Virus record (IMG/VR): IMGVR_UViG_3300043448_000837
Coordinates: 32,001-96,000 of that record
Direction: 5' to 3' (one strand)
Length of the DNA: 64,000 bases
Origin: a virus
The position numbers were made by a program, and so were the translations under genes. Below, in pieces: positions 57,081-64,000 of the stretch (within the stretch, counting starts at the first letter, position 1; every line of letters starts with the position of its first letter). The notes below the pieces were generated by a model. It searched no databases. It saw nothing but the letters and a program-made list of their open reading frames with translations, and had not been told where the DNA came from.

Positions 57081-57470
57081 TGTTCTCTGAAATGATGATT
57101 GTTTTCGTAGGGTTCACAATGAGAATGTCGTTTCGCATTGTGTGCATCCTTTCTCGATTTCTCGACGAAGTTGGAAGCTCTTGTAGTAGAAGTTTAGTTC
57201 CATTGGGATCAACCTCGTACATTTGCAAGATCCCTGGGGGGAACGAACGCGGCGGAATCACTTGGGACCTCTGTAATCGTTAGCCATTTGGACTCCAAAT
57301 CCTCGCCGTTTTCGTGAAGGGAACGAACTGCTCGTCCGATGGTGCAGAACACTTTCCCCCTCTCCCCCCAGGCGCACCCGGTCCAGAATTTTCCGGACAC
57401 GTTTTCAACCAGGAACATTTCGAGTTAAGTCGCACTGAGCTCAGCATAGGTGCCGAGCTGGCGGGTAAAC

Positions 57471-57908
57471 TCAGTGACCTGCGAAAGCTTGGAGTAGATA
57501 CAAATCGCTCAGAATTGATTCTGCCATCGCCTGCATGTGACTACCGATTCCAACGAGCCGGGGGTCTTGACTGTTTTCTTCGCAGAACTTGTAAAAAATA
57601 CCAACGGCGCTATTAAGAGCCATAAGGTAATCAAGATTAAGCTCCACCAGGGACTGCGCATCAAAAAACTCCATAGAGATTCCTGGACCTGAAAACAGAC
57701 TGAAATCCGGGTCAAACCCACATGCGCGAAGGGTTTCAACAAGGCCGTCCATCAGTTCTCCGAGATCGTTATAGATTCTCTCGAAAAGAAGGTGGGCCTC
57801 ATAGAAGTTCGGACCCCGTACATTCCAATGCGAAAGACGGGCAACGATTATGGCGTCGTTCAGGTATTTTACCGATTTGTTGGAGTAGACCGTAAATTCT
57901 TCGTTCAT
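57471..57908 (-). CDS. dps: Dps/ferritin-like protein
   Basis: HWNVRGPNFYEAHLLFERIY; start taken at MNEEFT. Confidence 0.8.
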   Translation of the reverse strand: MNEEFTVYSNKSVKYLNDAIIVARLSHWNVRGPNFYEAHLLFERIYNDLGELMDGLVETLRACGFDPDFSLFSGPGISMEFFDAQSLVELNLDYLMALNSAVGIFYKFCEENSQDPRLVGIGSHMQAMAESILSDLYLLQAFAGH

Positions 57909-58111
57909 GTTAGGGTTCCTCACTTGTTTATGATCGGTGGCTATGTTCAGGGTCACGATCAGGTTTTACCCTTTTCCGACACTCTTTGACATGCTCTGCC
58001 AACTCTTTCAGGTCGCAAATTAAAGAACCACTTTCTTCGTTGCATCCGATCACGAGGCCGCAAAGCGGGCACCGAAACTTGGATTTTATGTAATTATCTT
58101 CGAGTTTCATT

Positions 58112-58405
58112 TTATTTCCTATACACTTGTCGAGAATGGGCGTAAAGCTCCACCGAAACTGAATCCCCGTGCTGATGAACGGCCAGGTATTCTCTGTTCG
58201 GGTCGTAATTTGCCAGTGTTTCCGTCAACTTCTCAGCGAATACGTCCTCGGTGTCCCTTTGAGGCAGAGAACGAAGAAACTTGAAAACTTCTTCCCAAGT
58301 CAGAAAATTGCAGGCTTCCGAGTCATAGAAGTGGCATCCTCTTTGACCGATATGTTTTTGAAAGCTACGCGAGAGGTGATTCATCTTGATACCGCATTGG
58401 AACAA
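58112..58405 (-). CDS. Hypothetical protein
   Basis: ANYDPNREY. Confidence 0.55.
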   Translation of the reverse strand: MFQCGIKMNHLSRSFQKHIGQRGCHFYDSEACNFLTWEEVFKFLRSLPQRDTEDVFAEKLTETLANYDPNREYLAVHQHGDSVSVELYAHSRQVYRK

Positions 58406-58554
58406 GAGCGCCTCTTACCCTTCTCTTCAAAACTGGCCGAGAATCGCTGATCATCTTCGCAGTGCGATACGACGCATCCTTGCCATTCAACTCCGAAGAG
58501 CCTTCACATGGGTGCGTTTCATCGTATTTTGATGACGTATCGCTCATAGGAACC

Positions 58555-59175
58555 TTAATAGGAAATCTGCCAGTTGCCGTCTTTCTTCTCGGAGATTGTA
58601 AAGGAAAACTGCTTCGCCTTCTCGCCCGGTGCGGCGTCGTAGAAGATACCGCTGAAGGATTTACCGTCGTCCGCCATCAGATAGTTGTTGGCTTCATTCG
58701 GAGGGTTACCTTCGCTGTCGGTGATATCGGTTACGCCATCCAGGTACACGCTTGCGATAACTTTCTTCAAGAAAGTTTCCATCTTGGCGCTCAAATCGCC
58801 CTCAGCAAACTCAAACTCGTTGAATTCTACGGGCTCGGGCTCAATCTGAAACTCAAGCTTGTCTGCTTGAACCTGCAGAACCGAATCTGGATCAGGCCAC
58901 TGGGAAGGATCCACACTCAGCAAAGCATCAACAACCTCGCAGTATTCGTCGTAGGTTGCTTCAGGGCCAAGATCGATACGGTCGATCAACTCGAGCATCG
59001 AGATACGACCATCTGCGAAATCGTGCCGCAGAGTCTGCAGGTAAGAACGTGGGAATTCCGAGAAGTTTCCCCCTGTTGTCTCCCACAGGAGATCAGTTAC
59101 ACGTTTTGCGCTTTCGGAGAACGACTGGTCCGCCCCGAACTTCGGATTTCGATCGAACACCATGGGAAGAGGCAA
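58555..59175 (-). CDS. Hypothetical acidic protein
   Basis: Preceded by GGGTAAAA motif. Confidence 0.7.
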   Translation of the reverse strand: MPLPMVFDRNPKFGADQSFSESAKRVTDLLWETTGGNFSEFPRSYLQTLRHDFADGRISMLELIDRIDLGPEATYDEYCEVVDALLSVDPSQWPDPDSVLQVQADKLEFQIEPEPVEFNEFEFAEGDLSAKMETFLKKVIASVYLDGVTDITDSEGNPPNEANNYLMADDGKSFSGIFYDAAPGEKAKQFSFTISEKKDGNWQISY

Positions 59176-59449
59176 TACTTTCCCTTATTTTACCCTCTTT
59201 TGACCACGAGTAAACTACATTTCAGGTTCTTGCAATCGCGGGTTCCTTCTTCCACCGCTGAAATCAATCGACTTGAGCCGGATGCCGAGATCGTAATAAT
59301 GATCGAAGATATCGACCATTCGTCGAGCTTTGATCACATCGGTGACACCGTCTCTACGGACAACGATGTAACAATCGTTGGTTAGATTTTTAGGGTCGAT
59401 GTCACTCAGAAGGACATCTTGTGCGATAACTCGAATCTTTTCCAAGGGA

Positions 59450-61165
59450 TTAGCGGCTGATTTCTTCCCAGTCCATGCTGGCGTAAACAAGCTGGCTGGC
59501 GTTTGCTCCGGCAACCGCAACCGATAGCGTGTACGGGGTTCCCGTCAAACCGTCGCGCTCAAGCTGAAAGGCAAACAGAGCCTCTTTCAGAATGTCGATT
59601 GAAGGTGAGCCCTGGTTTGAGGCAGAGGTGTAACCCGAGGCAAGAACTCTGCCACCGGTGATTTCAGTACCTGTTAGATTGTATTCCACGGAAGAACTAT
59701 CCCCGGCACTCACCCAAGTCCCGCCCGCAATTGTTCCGCTTGCAACTACGCGCCAGTTGTAAACCTCGTTATTTCCGCTCCCTAGAATCGAGATCGCAGT
59801 GAGAATTGCGATTGCATCGAGTCGAGAAGTTTTCAGTTGAAGAGACACAACCGGGTAGTAGGTTCCTGCCACGGTTAAAGCTTTTGGCGCTGTGATCGCA
59901 GTTCCGACGCTCTGCTGAGATCCTCGCAGTTCGTAACCACCTTCTGAGATTACCGTCGTGCAAATTTGCTTCAGAGTGCTTGCTGACGCTGTCACCCCTA
60001 TGTTAGCAACCTCGTAACGCATCGGCAAAGAAGCCGAGGTAATATAGGTGGAAGCAATCAGGTTAGCGTGTTGAAATTGGTGGCACAGGATGAATGTTCC
60101 GTCAATCACGAAACCGAGGCGAACTGTTCCGACACCCAGCCATTCCATGTCGAGGAATAGAATCTGCGCCTTTGTTGGGTCCAGGGTCAACCCTGAAGGA
60201 CCTGTTCCGTTCAACGGGTCAACGTTCCAGCCAGTGTCGCTCGGTCCGTATACACCTCCGGCTTGACTGATTTTCGTTTCGACTAAGGAACCGGTAACGG
60301 AACTTCTTTCGACGAAACAAAGGCTGTTCGTCGTACCGCCTAGCTCAAGGTAGTAACCATTGGCAGAACCGTAGTAACCAACTCGTTGGCGAAGATTGGT
60401 CTTGGGTGTGTTGAACACAAATGTGTCCATCACTAGCAGAGACTTACCGGGTTGATATGAGAAAACTTTCGTGGTTTCTCGAATTACTTCGGCGCCCGAT
60501 GCCGTGGTTACGTTCAAGTCGACCAAACCTTGGGCGGCGTTGAAAGATGTAGAACCGCCGGTTACAGTCGCGGTGCTCCAAAGATTGTTGTCTGCGTAAC
60601 GATGGCTGGAGTCAAACAGCGTGTATGGGGCGGAAGTGCGCAGGCGCCCGAAAGCGTCTGTCGACATATAAGGAAATGCCGTAACAGTTGAAGTCGTCGT
60701 AACGTTCCCTGAAACAACCCAAGGAGAAGTTCCCTGGTTGGCGGTAACTGTGCCGCTGATTGGCAGAGGGTTACCAGCGTCGTTTTTAACTTCGACTTCA
60801 CCAGTAATAGAAACCGCGCCGTTGATGTTCTGGGACGCAGGCCAGTTTGTGACTGCAACGTTTGATGCTGGTCCGCTACCTCCCCCGGAGTACAGATCGT
60901 ACATCACAATCTGCAGCTCGTCAGCGGAATTGCAGAACGAAGTGTTTTGACGAAGAGTTAGAGTGGTGGCAACTCCATCGTCTGTCAGAATGATCGTCGC
61001 TTCGTACTCCTCAGGGTCGAAGAAAGGAATATTTCTTGTTAAGTTCGTGATGTGAGCGAATTGCTCAATTGTATAGACGCCAGGAATCTCGATTGTGCCT
61101 TCCCCTTCATTTCCAGGAGTAAATGTCCAATTTTGAAGAACGTACATGGGGGAAGGTTTCATCAA
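59450..61165 (-). CDS. Virion structural / tail-associated protein
   Basis: DAFGRLRTS, YQPGKS, EWLGVGTVRLG, MDWEEI; next to fibre genes. Confidence 0.7.
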   Translation of the reverse strand: MMKPSPMYVLQNWTFTPGNEGEGTIEIPGVYTIEQFAHITNLTRNIPFFDPEEYEATIILTDDGVATTLTLRQNTSFCNSADELQIVMYDLYSGGGSGPASNVAVTNWPASQNINGAVSITGEVEVKNDAGNPLPISGTVTANQGTSPWVVSGNVTTTSTVTAFPYMSTDAFGRLRTSAPYTLFDSSHRYADNNLWSTATVTGGSTSFNAAQGLVDLNVTTASGAEVIRETTKVFSYQPGKSLLVMDTFVFNTPKTNLRQRVGYYGSANGYYLELGGTTNSLCFVERSSVTGSLVETKISQAGGVYGPSDTGWNVDPLNGTGPSGLTLDPTKAQILFLDMEWLGVGTVRLGFVIDGTFILCHQFQHANLIASTYITSASLPMRYEVANIGVTASASTLKQICTTVISEGGYELRGSQQSVGTAITAPKALTVAGTYYPVVSLQLKTSRLDAIAILTAISILGSGNNEVYNWRVVASGTIAGGTWVSAGDSSSVEYNLTGTEITGGRVLASGYTSASNQGSPSIDILKEALFAFQLERDGLTGTPYTLSVAVAGANASQLVYASMDWEEISR

Positions 61166-61232
61166 TAGTTGATTTTACCCTCGAAGTGCTTCTTTACTGC
61201 GAGTTTCACCGAGATCTGGTACACAAAGCGTA

Positions 61233-62339
61233 TCAGTAGTCGGCCTCCAGGTAGCAGCTCATCAAGGCGATGCCGATCACGCTGCTGGTGCCGCCAACGC
61301 TCATCCAGCCGCGTTGGGTCAGAAGCGTGGTGGTGGTTGGCATGTTAGTGTTGATCGTGCCAGAGGTTGTGGCTCCGGTGCCGAGATCGGTCACGGCGTA
61401 GCTGACTGACTGCGTGCTGCCTGGGGGCGAGAACATAACCAGCTCATAGACCTTGGTGCGATCCGTTGTCGGTACGGGGAAGCTGGCGCCGAGGTCGACC
61501 TTGGTGATTGCAGCAGTGCCCCGGTGCATGATCTGGATGTTGGCGTCTGCTGCGTCCCAGCCCATGCCGATGATGTTGGTGATCGTGCTCGGCTGAACGT
61601 CGGTCGGCGCAGCAGTGGTGTTGGCCATGCCGACAAAAGCACGGTTGGTGGTGGTTGCGACGCCGGTGGCTGGTCCCCAGCGGCAGACATAGAAGAAGCC
61701 GCCTTCGTCCGCAGCAGCGCCGCCAACAGTCCAGCCGAGGTTTGGGTAGCGCCAGCCAGCAACCGCTGAGGTTGATGCAGTGGTGACGAGATACTCAACA
61801 CGCTGCGTTCGCGTGTATCTGTTGGTGGTGGCGATTGCAGCGGAGGTCGCAGTGCCTGTTGCAGTAAGGGCAACGGTCCCCATGACTGCAGGCGCGTTGG
61901 AGCCACTCACGCCCGACCACAGCATCACCCGGTTTTGAGCCAGTGTCGGCTGCAGTGCAGCATCGGCCGATGTAGTGCTGTTTTTGAAGGCCACCAAAGA
62001 TCGCCCGCCGATTGATAGCGAGGTGATCTTTACGCCTGCAGTTGGAGTCGTAACTGTGGCGTTATCAGCGAGAACAAGATCGCCGTCGTGGATGGTTACA
62101 TCGCTAGCGCCACCAAACGCTCCAGCGTTGTTATACTGCACTTGGCCACTACTTCCAGCAGGGCTTCCCCCTCCGCCACCCGCTCCGACCTCAACAATGC
62201 TTTGTACTCCAGAAACGTCTTTCTTCAGAAAGAGTTTTCCGTCGTAGGTGTTAATCGCAAGCTCACCTAGGGCCAGCTGCGCAGTAGTGGGAACTGCCCC
62301 TTGAACGGCTGAGCGCCGTAATTTAATTGTCTGTGCCAT
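61233..62339 (-). CDS. Tail fibre protein
   Basis: IKLRRS..VP..LALGELAINTYDGKLF; QVQYNNAGAFGG. Confidence 0.8.
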   Translation of the reverse strand: MAQTIKLRRSAVQGAVPTTAQLALGELAINTYDGKLFLKKDVSGVQSIVEVGAGGGGGSPAGSSGQVQYNNAGAFGGASDVTIHDGDLVLADNATVTTPTAGVKITSLSIGGRSLVAFKNSTTSADAALQPTLAQNRVMLWSGVSGSNAPAVMGTVALTATGTATSAAIATTNRYTRTQRVEYLVTTASTSAVAGWRYPNLGWTVGGAAADEGGFFYVCRWGPATGVATTTNRAFVGMANTTAAPTDVQPSTITNIIGMGWDAADANIQIMHRGTAAITKVDLGASFPVPTTDRTKVYELVMFSPPGSTQSVSYAVTDLGTGATTSGTINTNMPTTTTLLTQRGWMSVGGTSSVIGIALMSCYLEADY

Positions 62340-62387
62340 GTGGCTATCCTCTTAGTTGCTATATAGCAGGATAAATGTGAAGTAAAC

Positions 62388-64000
62388 TCAGTATGTTCCG
62401 CCGTCAATCGTGTTGGTCCAGGTCGGAACGTTCGACGAGTTTACAGAAAGAATTGTACCAACACCGTTTGTAGCATCCCAAGTTCCAGCGGCTGTAACTC
62501 CTGCAGCACTCGTACCGTTGCCATAGACAACGCCATTCGCTGTCAGGGACGTTAAACCAGTTCCACCGTTGGCAACGACCACAGTTCCAGTAACGTTTGC
62601 CGCAGTTCCAGTGATGTTTGAATCAGTGAAGGCAATCGTTTTGGTTGCGGTTCCGTTGTAGAACTTGATGGTTCCGGAGTTGTTCCAGGAATCTCCGCTG
62701 GCTGGGGTTGTTGGGTCAGCAACACCTGTGCCGTAGTTAATACTGGCGGTGGCTGCAGAGGCGTTCACCAGAGTGATCTTGCCAGTCATCGTGCCGCCGC
62801 TTCTTGCCAGCGCAGCGTTGGCTAGATCGTAGGCAGTCTTGACCGAGTTCGGTGAAGCAGCAGTTGTGATCGAAGTCGAGGCGACTGAATCAGTAACCTG
62901 CAGAATACCGGCGACAGAAGTCGTGCCACCCCGGACATCTGCCGAAACAGTTCCCGTTACGCGACCGTAAGCATCAATCGTCTGGGACTGAACAAAGTTG
63001 ATTCCAGCAGTTCCCGACGTGTTAGTTTGAGAAACTGTGGCAAGGTCAACTTGGTCCGAGCCGTTGATGACAGTGCGGCCTGCGGCAACGTTGACGTCAA
63101 GGGTGTTGCCTGTTTTGGTGAGACCGTTTCCAGCGGTAATTTGGCCCGCACCCGAGAATTGAGTGAACGAGATTGAGTCTCCGGTGAAGGTTGTGTAACC
63201 CGCTCCCGAAACTCCCATCCGAATCGGAGAGTTCTGAGTTTGAACGAATCCGTTTCCGCCGTTAGTTGTACCCGACGTTACAAAGATGAAGTCACCAGGC
63301 GAGATTTCCCCAGTGGGTGCGTTGTCGAAGTCAGTCGCACGAGTCCATACACCGTTTGCGCCGGTTCCGATCGTAGTAATCGTGTAAACGCCGTTGTACG
63401 CAGCAGTTGTGTGATCTTTGACAAGGATTCTCAGTCCTGTTGCGGCGAATGTTCCAGAACCGTCTAGGCTGTTCGGCGTTCCAGTTAGTGTTGCCCCAAC
63501 ACCAGGGTTACCAATAACACCGATGCTCAGACCAGTTCCGTTAGTGAGAACAGCGTTCACACCGCCATAAGTGGCCGAAACTTTAACTTGATTACTTGCC
63601 GGAACAGCCGTGACGTAATAAGTCGTGTTGGCGGTAAGACCGGTTCCTGTTACAGTGTTACCGGTGCGAAGCTGCGAGTTAACCAGAAGACCGTGATCGG
63701 CACTGAAGGTGATTGTATCTGTGCCCGTAATCGTGGTGATTGTGAGCGCAGTACCACCCGACACGTAGGTGTAAGAAACTGCCGTGGTAGTGGCGTAATC
63801 TGCGGCAGCGTGAACGTTTAGGCTTTGGGCAATGGCGTCAGCGTACTGCTTTGTGACGGCATCGTTGGCAGCAACAGGTGCGCCAACCAGGGTGATTCTG
63901 GCGCCGTTGACATCAACTACACCAGTACCGTTGGGAACAAGGTTGACGTTCGTGTTAGTTCCACCTGCGGTGAATGTTAGAGCGCCGGTGCCGGTGATTG
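62388..64000 (-). CDS. Tail fibre protein (5' end outside window)
   Basis: Frame open to window edge; DAVTKQYAD, NGVY..WTRATDFD, QFSGAG, IDGGTY. Confidence 0.85.
   Translation of the reverse strand, partial: ITGTGALTFTAGGTNTNVNLVPNGTGVVDVNGARITLVGAPVAANDAVTKQYADAIAQSLNVHAAADYATTTAVSYTYVSGGTALTITTITGTDTITFSADHGLLVNSQLRTGNTVTGTGLTANTTYYVTAVPASNQVKVSATYGGVNAVLTNGTGLSIGVIGNPGVGATLTGTPNSLDGSGTFAATGLRILVKDHTTAAYNGVYTITTIGTGANGVWTRATDFDNAPTGEISPGDFIFVTSGTTNGGNGFVQTQNSPIRMGVSGAGYTTFTGDSISFTQFSGAGQITAGNGLTKTGNTLDVNVAAGRTVINGSDQVDLATVSQTNTSGTAGINFVQSQTIDAYGRVTGTVSADVRGGTTSVAGILQVTDSVASTSITTAASPNSVKTAYDLANAALARSGGTMTGKITLVNASAATASINYGTGVADPTTPASGDSWNNSGTIKFYNGTATKTIAFTDSNITGTAANVTGTVVVANGGTGLTSLTANGVVYGNGTSAAGVTAAGTWDATNGVGTILSVNSSNVPTWTNTIDGGTY

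Noticed and set aside
56865-57261. Toxin-antitoxin pair around the AbrB/MazE-like gene
   Set aside because: Neighbouring ORFs show no MazF, PIN or RelE motifs

Overview
A 64 kb segment of a large contractile-tailed cyanophage genome, essentially all coded on the - strand. The combination of a DNA polymerase gamma-like family A polymerase, GyrA/ParC, a SomA-type cyanobacterial porin and about 32 tRNAs resembles S-CBWM1-type Synechococcus myoviruses (from recall, not a search). Layout: tail and baseplate genes (1-6.3 kb, including a -1 frameshifted tail chaperone); replication genes (6.7-13.6 kb); a long accessory/early region (14-47.5 kb); an RNA-gene region (47.6-56.5 kb, plus three tRNAs at 39.2 kb); then Dps and tail-fibre genes. 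The accessory region is cut into cassettes by a ~66-bp repeat (about 23 copies in the window) that abuts the upstream stop codon and carries a sigma70 promoter firing onto leaderless ATGs. It also holds a TET/JBP dioxygenase + glycosyltransferase + phosphatase + nucleotidyltransferase + kinase operon (candidate DNA hypermodification), dispersed RNA-repair genes, and an AT-rich island with its own repeat family. The RNA region has tRNAs for all 20 amino acids, a compact circularly permuted tmRNA, rRNA-type boxB/boxA antitermination leaders, several tRNA-like RNAs and unexplained structured RNAs, including a ~890-nt pseudoknot-rich one. All calls are by eye; no database searches were run.
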